Source: Candidatus Jordarchaeia archaeon (lineage in GTDB: Archaea; Asgardarchaeota; Jordiarchaeia; Jordiarchaeales; Jordiarchaeaceae). Taken from it: DNA of 40,989 nucleotides. Below the pieces are notes generated by a model. That model had not been told where the DNA came from and searched no databases. It was given only the letters and a program-made list of their open reading frames with translations. The position numbers were made by a program, and so were the translations under genes. The first letter of the stretch is position 1. Every line of letters starts with the position of its first letter. This document shows, piece after piece, positions 1-9,390 of this stretch. The stretch covers positions 1 through 40,989 of the forward strand of contig JAHQXB010000179.1 of assembly GCA_029856435.1 (NCBI GenBank), written 5' to 3'.

Positions 1-205
1 TAATTTTTGGTTAAATTTAAATGCTTCAAACACGACTTCTGACATTGGGGTCACCACTGTTGGGATGGATTCGAGCCCAATTACTCTTTTTGAACCATCC
101 CAACAACCCACATACTTAAGGCGTCTTCTCTTAACATTGGTGGAAAGGTTTATAGATTTATAGATTCAACTACGCTATTATCTCTTTTAGAACTATTTTA
201 GGAAG

Positions 206-1327
206 ATGGCAGATTTGAGACAAGTTAGGATTGGAATTGTTGGTTGTGGAGCGGCGGCGGCACACCATGCTGTGGCGTGTAGAAGCATAAGTGATAAGGT
301 TAAGCTGGTGGTGGCTTATGATGCTAATGAGAAAAGGGCTAAACGTCTGGCTAAGACGCACGGAATGGAAACTTGCGACACTTATCAGAGTTTACTCGCA
401 AGGGATGACTTGGATGCAGTGCTCATTTGCTTGCCTCACTATCTTCACTCGGAAGTCACCATATCCGCATGTGAGGCTGGAAAGCATGTACTCTGCGAGA
501 AACCCATGGCCCCCACTCTTGAGGAATGTGACGCAATGATCAAGTCTGCGAAAAAGGCTGGAGTGAAATTTATGATTGCTGAGAATCATCGCTTTCTGCC
601 TGCACACGTAGTGGTTCATGATTATGTGTCAAAAGGAGCTATAGGTAGTGTTCTTCTTGCAAGAGCATACGAAGGAGTTTCCGAGATTCCTGACCTGTCC
701 AAGGCGGATCACTGGAAGGGCAGCCCCAAATTGGCGGGTGGAGGAGTCCTGATGGATGCGGGTGTACATCGCTTCTCTGTTTTGAGGTGGTTACTGGGAG
801 AAGTAGAATCAGCTTACTGCTGGCTGGCCAAGCAGGTGATTAAACTTGAGAACAAAGCAGAGGACAATGCTATGGTGTTTCTAAAATTTGAGAATGGAGC
901 GATTGCAGAAGTGGTGGTGAGCTTCACCGTAATTAGCCCTCCAACAAATAGGCTGGAGCTCTATGGAACTGAGGGAACAATTCTGGAAGACCATACTTGG
1001 GAAAACCCAGTTCAGATATTCTCCACTTCGAAAGATATGGGAGATAAAAGGAATCAGTGGTATAGTCCGAAGGTAGAACATCAGCCGTTTCCCGGATACT
1101 ATCCAATTAGTTTTAGATATGAAGATGAACACTTTGTAGACTGCATCATAAATGACAGGGAACCAGAATACACTCCCGAAATGGCTAAGGGCTCGGTGGC
1201 AACCGTACTCATGTGTTACCTCTCCGCAAAAACAGGTAAAATAGTAAAACGCAAGGATTTAGAAGAGATAGCTTCAACCAAAGGCACCCACAGCATAATT
1301 GAAGGATTGGAAAAAATAAGCATCTAA
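206..1327 (+). CDS. Gfo/Idh/MocA family NAD(P)-dependent oxidoreductase (paralog A)
   Basis: N-terminal Rossmann IGIVGCGAAA, LPHYLH, HVLCEKP motif, AENHRF, GGGVLMDAGVH; 373 aa. Confidence 0.92.
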   Translation: MADLRQVRIGIVGCGAAAAHHAVACRSISDKVKLVVAYDANEKRAKRLAKTHGMETCDTYQSLLARDDLDAVLICLPHYLHSEVTISACEAGKHVLCEKPMAPTLEECDAMIKSAKKAGVKFMIAENHRFLPAHVVVHDYVSKGAIGSVLLARAYEGVSEIPDLSKADHWKGSPKLAGGGVLMDAGVHRFSVLRWLLGEVESAYCWLAKQVIKLENKAEDNAMVFLKFENGAIAEVVVSFTVISPPTNRLELYGTEGTILEDHTWENPVQIFSTSKDMGDKRNQWYSPKVEHQPFPGYYPISFRYEDEHFVDCIINDREPEYTPEMAKGSVATVLMCYLSAKTGKIVKRKDLEEIASTKGTHSIIEGLEKISI

Positions 1328-1381
1328 TTAATTTCTGAAAAAAGATTCCTTGCTAGTTTATAGTAAAGGGAGATGATGTGA

Positions 1382-2368
1382 TTGGTGAGACTATCTGATT
1401 CAATAAAAATTAATTCCTTGGAGTTAAAAAATAGGATACTGATGGCACCCATGTGTATGGGTTACGCTGACGAAAAAGGGTACGTTACAGAGAGGTTGAC
1501 CAAACACTTCGTCGAAAGAGCGGAAGGAATCGGGATAATACTCACTGGACACGCATACATAGAGCCAGCTGGGAAATTTAACAAGGGCCAGATGGGAATA
1601 TACAGTGATGAACACATAGACGGACTAAAAAAACTAGTTGAATCGGTGCATGATAAAAACACGCCTATAGGTATCCAAATAAGCCACGCGGGAGGCGTTG
1701 CTTCTTCAAGTATTATGGGGCAAACTCCAGTGGCTCCCTCCGCAATTAACAGTGGTAAGGAAACTCCACGAGAGTTAGAGGAGAGCCAGATAGAAAGACT
1801 TGTGGAAAAGTTTGGTCAGGCTGCAGATAGAGCCTTAACAGCTGGTTTCGACCTCATAGAAATTCATGGAGCGCACGGCTTCCTTTTGAACCAGTTCGTT
1901 TCGCCTCTAACAAATAAGAGAAGAGACAAGTATGGTGGCTCACTAGAAAATAGAATAAGATTCCCCCTAGAAGTGGTAGCGAGGGTTAGGGAGGTTGTAG
2001 GTAAGAGCTTTCCTCTGGAGTACCGTCTAGGTTCTGATGATCTCACTCCAGGAGGAGTAACTATTGAAGACAGCAAAGTTTTCGCCAAAGAGCTTGTTAG
2101 AATGGGCGTTGATGCACTAAACATCTCAGGTGGATTATGTGGAGGTCAACCCTCAAGTCTCGCTGGAGAAGGATTCTTCATACCACAAGCTGAGGCCATC
2201 AAAAAGGCTGTTAAAGCTATTGTAATTGGTGGCGGGGGAATCATAACTCCCGAATTTGCGGACAAGGTAATTAAGGAAAAAAGAGTGGACATGGTCTTCG
2301 TTGGAAGAGCCTTGCTAAAAGATGCAAGGTGGGCGGCAAAAGCCATAAACAAGCTAAAAGGAAAATAG
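1382..2368 (+). CDS. NADH:flavin oxidoreductase / Old Yellow Enzyme family (stand-alone FMN TIM barrel)
   Basis: LKNRILMAPM, IGIQISHAG, AGFDLIEIHGAHGFLLNQFVSPLTNKRRDKYGGSLENR, VFVGRALL; TTG start. Confidence 0.92.
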   Translation: MVRLSDSIKINSLELKNRILMAPMCMGYADEKGYVTERLTKHFVERAEGIGIILTGHAYIEPAGKFNKGQMGIYSDEHIDGLKKLVESVHDKNTPIGIQISHAGGVASSSIMGQTPVAPSAINSGKETPRELEESQIERLVEKFGQAADRALTAGFDLIEIHGAHGFLLNQFVSPLTNKRRDKYGGSLENRIRFPLEVVARVREVVGKSFPLEYRLGSDDLTPGGVTIEDSKVFAKELVRMGVDALNISGGLCGGQPSSLAGEGFFIPQAEAIKKAVKAIVIGGGGIITPEFADKVIKEKRVDMVFVGRALLKDARWAAKAINKLKGK

Positions 2369-2473
2369 AAGAAAAAATTTTTTAACAATTCCAGAGTTTT
2401 AACCTTTTCAGTGATGGTATCCTAATTTATGTTCTGTGAAATTTTTGGTCTGAAAACATAGGAGGATTCTGAT

Positions 2474-3250
2474 TTGAAACTCAAGAATAAAGTTGCAATA
2501 ATTACTGGGGCTGCGACTGGAATAGGCAGAGCAACTGCTGTGCTGTTTGCAAAGGAAGGAGCTAAAACTGTACTTGCTGATGTGAATGTCAAAGAAGCAA
2601 ATGAGACCGTTAATCTCGTAAATAATGCTGGTGGAGAAACAATATTTGTCGAAGCAGACGTCTCCAAAGAGGCTGACGTAAAAAGGATGGTTGAAAAAAC
2701 CATGGAAAAATACGGCAGAATAGATATTCTAGTTAATAATGCGGGTGTGGTTCTCGTGAAGCCTGCTGAAGAAACAACAGAGCAGGATGTGGACAAGGTT
2801 ATCAGTGTAAACTTCAAGGGCGTCTTTTTCGGCTGTAAACACGTAATTCCAATAATGAAAAGACAGGGAGGCGGAGTAATAGTTAACATAGCCTCGGTAT
2901 CTGGACACATTGGACAGGTGAACCACGCCGTTTATGGAGGAACCAAAGGTGGAGTAATAGCAATGTCCCGCGCCCTAGCCGTAGAGCTTGCCCCCTTCAA
3001 AATACGGGTGAACAGCATAAGCCCCGGCGCAGTAGACACACCCATGCTCAGAGGCGACGTCAAAACAGAAGCAGCGCGTAGAGGAGTAAGTGAAGAAGAG
3101 ATAAAAAGGGAATTCGAAGAGCAGGGATTACTTAAGAGATGGGCAAAACCCGAGGAGATCGCACAAGGCATACTCTACTTAGCCTCAGATGACTCAAGCT
3201 ATATCACCGGAGGAGACATCCTAATAGATGGAGGATGGACCGCCCAGTAA
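2474..3250 (+). CDS. Short-chain dehydrogenase/reductase (classical SDR)
   Basis: TGAATGIG, NNAG, catalytic YGGTK (YxxxK), RVNSISPG, YITG-DGG. Confidence 0.93.
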   Translation: MKLKNKVAIITGAATGIGRATAVLFAKEGAKTVLADVNVKEANETVNLVNNAGGETIFVEADVSKEADVKRMVEKTMEKYGRIDILVNNAGVVLVKPAEETTEQDVDKVISVNFKGVFFGCKHVIPIMKRQGGGVIVNIASVSGHIGQVNHAVYGGTKGGVIAMSRALAVELAPFKIRVNSISPGAVDTPMLRGDVKTEAARRGVSEEEIKREFEEQGLLKRWAKPEEIAQGILYLASDDSSYITGGDILIDGGWTAQ

Positions 3251-3286
3251 AAATAACTTGAATTCAAGAAAAGTTTGGTGCATTAA

Positions 3287-4126
3287 ATGTCAGGAGAATA
3301 TCTGCTCAAATTAGTGGATTTGAAAAGATTCGAAGGTGCTGAGAAACTAATAATAACTGTAACGCTTGCGCACTCATGGATATACCCAGACGTCAAAAAC
3401 TATCCTGCCACCGCAAAAGAAATTATAGATGATGCATGTAAGTGTTGCGAGGCCGGTGCCAGCATTGTCCACATTCATACGCCAGAGGGTAAAGCCAAAG
3501 AGATAGTAGATTCGATTCGAGAAAAGTGTGATGTAATAATTCAGTTGGGGATGTCGAGTGAACCCCTAGAGAAGAGAACCGAGCTTTTTGATAGTAGACC
3601 AGATATGCTATCAGTTATTCTGAACCATCACGATGAATGCTTTCCAAAAGTTGAAGTGAACCAAATACACACCAGAAAAGAGTTGGAAGAATACTGCAAA
3701 ATCTTCCGCAAAACAGGCATAAAGCCAGAATTTGAAAATTGGCACTACGGGTCCGTCTGGAACCTAAACTATCTCATAAAGAAAAAACTGCTTGAAAAAC
3801 CCTATTATCAAACCCTATTCTTCGGATGGCCCGGAGGAACATGGTCTCCCCCAACTCCCGACGAGTTTTTCCACAGAATAAAGTACCTCCCAGAGGGAAG
3901 CATATACTCCGTGAGCATAATGGGACCAGAACAGAGCACAATCGTTCCACTGTCCATCTCTGTAGGAGGACATGTACGGGTGGGAACAGAGGACTACCCC
4001 TTCATCAGTGAGGGTACTCCCGCAAAGAGTAACTTGGAAATCGTTCAGAAAACCGTAAAACTGAGTAGAGAAATGGGCAGGGAAGTCGCAACCCCTTCTG
4101 AAGCGAGAAAAATTCTAGGCATCTGA
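3287..4126 (+). CDS. Beta-keto acid cleavage enzyme (BKACE/DUF849, 3-keto-5-aminohexanoate cleavage family)
   Basis: EAGASIVHIH (metal-binding HxH), GGHVRVGTED, REVATPSEARKILG C-terminal signature. Confidence 0.88.
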   Translation: MSGEYLLKLVDLKRFEGAEKLIITVTLAHSWIYPDVKNYPATAKEIIDDACKCCEAGASIVHIHTPEGKAKEIVDSIREKCDVIIQLGMSSEPLEKRTELFDSRPDMLSVILNHHDECFPKVEVNQIHTRKELEEYCKIFRKTGIKPEFENWHYGSVWNLNYLIKKKLLEKPYYQTLFFGWPGGTWSPPTPDEFFHRIKYLPEGSIYSVSIMGPEQSTIVPLSISVGGHVRVGTEDYPFISEGTPAKSNLEIVQKTVKLSREMGREVATPSEARKILGI

Positions 4127-4172
4127 AAACCCTTTCCTAACTAGTTTGTGAGTGGAGTATTGTGGGATAGAA

Positions 4173-5096
4173 ATGAAGCTGGTCACTTTTTCCCAAAACC
4201 AAACTTTAAAGATTGGAATCCTTTTTCAGGAGAGCAAAGTCATAGATTTGATCGCTGCATGCAAACTTTACAAATCAGAGAATGAAGATTTGACGTTCGA
4301 TATGCCTAGCGACATGGTAGAACTTCTAAATACTGGCGAAGTGGGAATCAAAGCTGTCCAGAAAATCTTCAACTTTGCCAAAAAGGTATGTGATAGTGAA
4401 CCACAGAAACTAAACCGTATATCATATGATATTGGGCAGGTTAAGATAAAGGCGCCCGTACTGAATCCCAAAAAAATTATCTGTCTGGGACTAAACTATT
4501 ATGATCATGCGGCAGAAGCAGGACTAGCAACTCCTGATAGACCAATCCTGTTCTCAAAACCTGCAACAACAATCATTGGGCCTGAGGAACCCGTAATATA
4601 TCCCAAAATCTCTAAAAAGGTTGATTATGAGGTCGAGTTAGCAGTAGTTATGGGTAAGACTGGTAGGGAAATCCCAGAGAGCAAAGCCTACGATTACGTA
4701 GCCGGCTACACCGTTTTCAACGATATATCCGCCAGAGACATTCAGTTCAGTGATGGACAATGGTTTAGAGGCAAAAGCTTCGATACATTTGCCCCCACAG
4801 GGCCCTGCCTCACCCTAAAGGAGCAGATACCCGACCCCCAAAACCTTAAACTACAGATGAAAGTCAACGGGGAAATAATGCAGGACAGCTCCACAAAAAA
4901 TATGGTCTTCAAAATTCCTCACATTATATCTTTCATATCCGACGTTATGACACTAGAACCAGGCGACATAATAGCCACGGGAACACCTTCGGGAGTAGGA
5001 GTGTACAAGAAGCCCGAACCCCGACTACTAAAAATAGGCGATGTCATGGAAGCCTACGTGGAAAAAATAGGGGTTCTGAGGAATCCCGTAGAGTAG
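4173..5096 (+). CDS. Fumarylacetoacetate hydrolase (FAH) family protein
   Basis: KIICLGLNYYDHAAE, VDYEVELAVV, NDISARD, GKSFDTFAPTGP, LEPGDIIATGTPSGVG; ATG at 4173 (MKLVTF) preferred over the ORF-track start at 4152. Confidence 0.93.
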   Translation: MKLVTFSQNQTLKIGILFQESKVIDLIAACKLYKSENEDLTFDMPSDMVELLNTGEVGIKAVQKIFNFAKKVCDSEPQKLNRISYDIGQVKIKAPVLNPKKIICLGLNYYDHAAEAGLATPDRPILFSKPATTIIGPEEPVIYPKISKKVDYEVELAVVMGKTGREIPESKAYDYVAGYTVFNDISARDIQFSDGQWFRGKSFDTFAPTGPCLTLKEQIPDPQNLKLQMKVNGEIMQDSSTKNMVFKIPHIISFISDVMTLEPGDIIATGTPSGVGVYKKPEPRLLKIGDVMEAYVEKIGVLRNPVE

Positions 5097-5156
5097 AAAC
5101 ACTCCCTTAAAATCTTTAGAGAATTCAAGATTGGGGTTTCGTGCTACATTTTATCT

Positions 5157-6287
5157 TTAGACTGTGAAGATTTTCATATCCAACTTGGATATTCTTTCGC
5201 AGCCGGAGTCGGTCACTAGGTAGGTGTCCTCGTTACCTATTAACCCCCCTTTTGAATGTAGGTTCCAAGCTTCAATGTCTAGAACGGCGTTTTTCACAAA
5301 CTTCCTCTCAGACGTTCCTTTCAACACGTCTAACCAGTGGAACTCCTCTGTCTGTAGACCTACGCTGTGTATGGTTATAAAAACTGGGTCCTTGCGTCTT
5401 TGGGCTTGCCATGTTTCCAGAGCCAACTTGTTAACCTCTTTGGGATCTGCTCCGGGTCTAATAGCCTTAACACAAGCCTTCTGTACCTCCACGATGGCAT
5501 CAAAGGATTCTTGAATGTCTGGGGGCACCTCTCCCAGGACGGCGTGTCTACTAACATCGGAGTTATATCCCTTATATATTGCACCGATGTCGAAACGGGT
5601 GATATCCCCTCTTTTCATTTTGACTCCGGTTCCCGGAGCCTCGGGATCGCTGTTACCTATTGCTAGGGTAACATGGTCAACTCCCGCTGCTCCCTCCTCA
5701 ATGGCTGTCGTTTTTGCAATTTTGAGGAAGTCAAAATCACTAACGCCTTCAGCAATATTTTCAATTAGGACTTGGATTGTCTTCTCCGCAATTCTTGTGG
5801 ATTCCCTTATTCTACTTATCTCTTCTTCTGATTTGCTAAGCCTCATGTCCAGAAAAAGGTCGTCAGAAACCCTAAATTTTGCGTCTGGAAATGTTTTTCT
5901 CAGTTTGTCATACTGATAATAGGGCATCAGAGATTCAATGCCTATCACACCTTTCTCGTATCCGTGTTTCTTAATGAAAGAAGCAATGGCATCTATGGCT
6001 TGTTCAGGATTCAAGATGCCTTGAACTTCCTCAACCCAACTGAGGGCTGCATTGTAAAGCGCCCAAGTAACCATGCTTTCGCTACCATCCCTATAGACCG
6101 CCACAATTGTGGGATACTGATTAGAAAGAGCATAAAGAATAGGATTATTCTCCACCGCTCTAACCGCAAGGCCACAAGTGTAAAAGACGTTCTCTGGACT
6201 CGAAGCTATAAGAGCATCGACGCCTCTCTCTTCCAACAGCCGAGAGGCCCTTTCTTTATCAAATCCAATGGGCTTAGGACGATTCAT
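5157..6287 (-). CDS. M24 family Xaa-Pro peptidase/creatinase-like metallopeptidase
   Basis: Creatinase-N motif GVDALIASSPENVFY; pita-bread metal ligands D/D (RFDIG..YNSDVSR), H (IHSVGL), E (DIEAW), E (GNEDT); ATG at 6287 preferred (ORF track extends to 6341). Confidence 0.9.
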   Translation of the reverse strand: MNRPKPIGFDKERASRLLEERGVDALIASSPENVFYTCGLAVRAVENNPILYALSNQYPTIVAVYRDGSESMVTWALYNAALSWVEEVQGILNPEQAIDAIASFIKKHGYEKGVIGIESLMPYYQYDKLRKTFPDAKFRVSDDLFLDMRLSKSEEEISRIRESTRIAEKTIQVLIENIAEGVSDFDFLKIAKTTAIEEGAAGVDHVTLAIGNSDPEAPGTGVKMKRGDITRFDIGAIYKGYNSDVSRHAVLGEVPPDIQESFDAIVEVQKACVKAIRPGADPKEVNKLALETWQAQRRKDPVFITIHSVGLQTEEFHWLDVLKGTSERKFVKNAVLDIEAWNLHSKGGLIGNEDTYLVTDSGCERISKLDMKIFTV

Positions 6288-6457
6288 AAAACGTTTTTCG
6301 CTTTTAAACGATTTAAAGCTTTTGTAAATCCAACTGCACAATTTAAATGCTAGTTTTCAAATCGCGGGGCGTGTTAAAGGTTCAAAGAACACATTTTGCA
6401 TCATACCTGTATAGCTACTCTCCGATTTTGACTACAAAGGATTTAGGAAATGTATGG

Positions 6458-6858
6458 CTACAACTCTATAAGTTCTTTGCTGATTTTAGTGAATTGTTCA
6501 TAACCGTCCTCTGTAACTTGAATCATATCCTCTATTTGGAATGGCTCCTATCTTATATAGAGTTTCTCATTAATTTTTTCCTAAACCTCTCCTTGACCGG
6601 GGTTATTTAAGGCTTCTTTCCCCAAAAAAAGGCGGAAAAAACCATACTTTCTGGAAGCGAAAAGGAAAAAATTAAATGGAAAGTCTATATCCTAACCGGA
6701 TCATAACTCTCCAATGTTTGAACAACTACAATTGCCAAACCAGCAATTCTCCCAGTATAAAGAATGTAACTAGGACATTCACAACAATAGTAAAACTTCT
6801 CGGGGCTTAAAGCTAACACCGCATCCAATCCGGCTTCCAGCAGCCATACGCACCCCAT
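6458..6858 (-). pseudogene. Disrupted second M24 peptidase: N-terminal fragment (6691-6858) and C-terminal fragment (6458-6547) joined through a MITE-like element, central part missing
   Basis: Manual translation: LLEAGLDAVLALSPEKFYYCCECPSYILY (Creatinase-N-like) on one side of the repeat and EPFQIEDMIQVTEDGYEQFTKISKELIEL* (M24 C-terminal IED..VTEDG motif) on the other. Confidence 0.72.
6555..6690. mobile_element. MITE-like element family 1, copy 1 (136 bp, 28-bp imperfect terminal inverted repeats)
   Basis: Left ATATAGAGTTTCTCATTAATTTTTTCCT (6555-6582) vs reverse complement of right end 6663-6690 ATATAGACTTTCCATTTAATTTTTTCCT = 24/28; near-identical second copy at 12640; no ORF. Confidence 0.75.
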
Positions 6859-7092
6859 CTAAAACATTCATACCTGCAGGGCCTCTGGCATCTGAATTAA
6901 ACTCCAAGACCTTTAACTAATTTCACTCTGTTCTCAAAAAATATTTTTTAACATTTTTCCCATTTATTCAGTGTAAAAACAATGTTACTAGCCTTTATCA
7001 ATGAACGGAGACCTCTATACCCTCTGGTGAACCTTTTCTCACTTTAATATTTTGTTGGTGAAGACTAGATAGTTTACCTTCCCCATTAGTTG

Positions 7093-9276
7093 CTATCCTT
7101 TAGCCAATTCTTTTAGCAGCGACCTTACGTCGCTTACAGATTTTAGATGGTACTTTGCTCGTGACGGTCCTAGACCTACTTTTATTGTGTATGCGTGTTC
7201 TGGAAGTGCGGCGAATGTGTCCTCGTCTGTTAAATCGTCGCCTACTGCTATTATGAAGTCCCAGTTTCTTTTCGATAGCCAGTGTGATGTAGCAAGTCCT
7301 TTATCTACACCTGCGTTTTTAATTTCAATTACTTTGTTACCTTCTAAAACCCCAAGATTAAGACTGGCGGCAACGTGCAAAAGGTCGTCCTTTAACTGCC
7401 TCACATTCATTGCACCCATTTCGGGGTCTGCTTTCCTATAGTGCCAAACGAGAGAGAATTCCTTCTCCTCTATGAAGGAACCAGGAGTTCTATCGGTGTA
7501 TAGCTCTAGGTAGGGGCGGATTGCTTTTTTCCAATCATTTTTTAAGGGTTTTATGATCTCCCATGTTTTTGCCTTATCTTTAACCCAAACTCCGTGCTCT
7601 GCAGTTAAGCCCACATTAAGGCTGCCGAACCAGCTTTCTAGTGTTCCTCTTTCCCTCCCACTTATTAGTATTACTTCATTCTTGGAATCTTGAACTAGTG
7701 TTCTGAGTAGGTTTAGGATTTCCTCGTCTGGTTTTGCGTCTTGGGGTCTTGGAACAAATGGGATGAGGGTGCCGTCATAATCCAACAAGATTAGGCGGTT
7801 ATTACTTTTAGCGTAATCCTCAATTATCTTTTTCCTGTCATCATTTGTTAATATTTTTGCGTTTAATTCTTTTTGTAGTCTTTTAATGTTGTCTAACCTC
7901 TCCATGAATTCGTTCACCCACCTTACGATATCGTAGCGGCGTAGTCTGCTTTGCATATTTCTGCTTCTTTCGATTTGTTCTTCCTCCGACATCTCCAAAG
8001 CTTCTCTTATGGCTTCTGCGATCTCCTCTCTGTTGTTTGGATTTACTATGATTGCTTCACTTAACTCTTTTGCGGCCCCCGTCATCTCGCTAAGAATCAG
8101 AACGCCTTTTCCATCAGTTTTTGTTGCAATGAATTCTTTGGATATTAGGTTCATTCCGTCTCTGAGAGGCGTTACTAGGGCAACATCTGCAACCCGATAC
8201 AGGCTGACCAAGGTATAAAAAGGCAAGGAACGATAAAGGTACCACACTGGCATCCAGCCTATTGTTCCATGAGTGCCATTAATTCTGCCGACGAGTTCAT
8301 CAACTTGCCTTTTTAACATAATGTAGCTTTCTATTTCTGTGCGTGAAGGCACAGCAATCATAACCAGAGTAACCTTCTGCCTGTATTCTGGATGATTCGT
8401 TAAAAAGGTGTCAAATGCTTCCAATCTTTGAGGTATACCCTTAGTGTAGTCCAAACGGTCAATTGACAAAATTATTTTACGCCCCCCCACCTTTTCACGG
8501 ATATTTCTGATTTCCCTCTGCACCTTAGGGTCACGTTCAATCCTGGCGAATTTCTCGTACTCTATCCCCATAGGGAAAGTTTCCACCCTTACCAAGCGGT
8601 TTTCTATGGTAATCTGTCCCAGAGTATGTTCCAGCCCCAAAATCCTCCGTACACTAGACAAAAAGTATCTAACATAGTCATAAGTGTGAAAACCAATGAG
8701 ATCAGCCCCCAAGATGCCCTTAACAATTTCATTACGCCACGGAAGCAGATGAAACACTTCAAAGGAGGGAAAGGGAATATGAAGAAAAAAGCCTATGGTC
8801 GCATCTGGCAACTGGTCTCTTACCATCTTTGGAAGCAGCATCAAATGATAGTCATGAATCCAAATTACATCCTCAGGCTGTGCATTTTCAACAATCGCTT
8901 CACAAAAAGCCCGGTTCACTCTGACGTATGAATCCCAGTAATCTTTGTTATACACGGTGAATTCTGGAAAGTAATGAAAAAGGGGCCATATTGTTTCGTT
9001 ACAAAAGCCATTATAGTAATTTTCAACATCTTCTTCGGACAGAAAAACTGGCGACAAACCTTTAGAAGCCAATCTTTCAAGAATCTCCTCCCTTTCCTCC
9101 TCTCCAAATTTATCTAGTGTAACTCCCAACCACCCAATCCACAAACTATCTCGCGACTCATGAACCGGTCCTAACCCCGTAACCAGGCCTCCAACACTAG
9201 ACTGTAACCTCAATTTACCTCCTCTTTTCACAATGCTTATCGGCAATCTATTCGAAACTATTAACAACCTTGCCAA
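7093..9276 (-). CDS. otsAB: Bifunctional trehalose-6-phosphate synthase/phosphatase (GT20 + HAD fusion)
   Basis: LLIVSNRLP, SVGGLVTGL, WIHDYHLMLLP, GFFLHIPFP, IDRLDYTKGI, LRDGMNL..KE; HAD motifs LLDYDGTL and GDDLTDED; TTG at 9276 preferred (ORF track extends to 9306). Confidence 0.95.
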   Translation of the reverse strand: MARLLIVSNRLPISIVKRGGKLRLQSSVGGLVTGLGPVHESRDSLWIGWLGVTLDKFGEEEREEILERLASKGLSPVFLSEEDVENYYNGFCNETIWPLFHYFPEFTVYNKDYWDSYVRVNRAFCEAIVENAQPEDVIWIHDYHLMLLPKMVRDQLPDATIGFFLHIPFPSFEVFHLLPWRNEIVKGILGADLIGFHTYDYVRYFLSSVRRILGLEHTLGQITIENRLVRVETFPMGIEYEKFARIERDPKVQREIRNIREKVGGRKIILSIDRLDYTKGIPQRLEAFDTFLTNHPEYRQKVTLVMIAVPSRTEIESYIMLKRQVDELVGRINGTHGTIGWMPVWYLYRSLPFYTLVSLYRVADVALVTPLRDGMNLISKEFIATKTDGKGVLILSEMTGAAKELSEAIIVNPNNREEIAEAIREALEMSEEEQIERSRNMQSRLRRYDIVRWVNEFMERLDNIKRLQKELNAKILTNDDRKKIIEDYAKSNNRLILLDYDGTLIPFVPRPQDAKPDEEILNLLRTLVQDSKNEVILISGRERGTLESWFGSLNVGLTAEHGVWVKDKAKTWEIIKPLKNDWKKAIRPYLELYTDRTPGSFIEEKEFSLVWHYRKADPEMGAMNVRQLKDDLLHVAASLNLGVLEGNKVIEIKNAGVDKGLATSHWLSKRNWDFIIAVGDDLTDEDTFAALPEHAYTIKVGLGPSRAKYHLKSVSDVRSLLKELAKG

Positions 9277-9390
9277 ATCCAACCACACCCTAAAATCAAC
9301 AAACATTTACCTAACATCAATAAAACCATATTTTAAGTGCTAACTTTTTTGGTCAGTTTGAAGAGTTAAAGATAGGGAAATATTCATAAA

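Noticed and set aside
1-140. Open minus-strand frame running off the window start
   Set aside because: No convincing start codon or motif within the visible part
149-166. Tandem TTTATAGA duplication upstream of the first gene
   Set aside because: Too short; compatible with an ordinary TATA region
2422-2910. Long antisense ORFs over real genes (also 20549-21115, 23723-24313, 30474-31058, 32118-32648, 33108-33596)
   Set aside because: Fully overlap well-supported CDSs on the opposite strand; no family motifs
6347-6610. 87-aa + strand ORF
   Set aside because: Antisense to the M24 pseudogene C-terminal fragment and runs into the MITE; no coding signal
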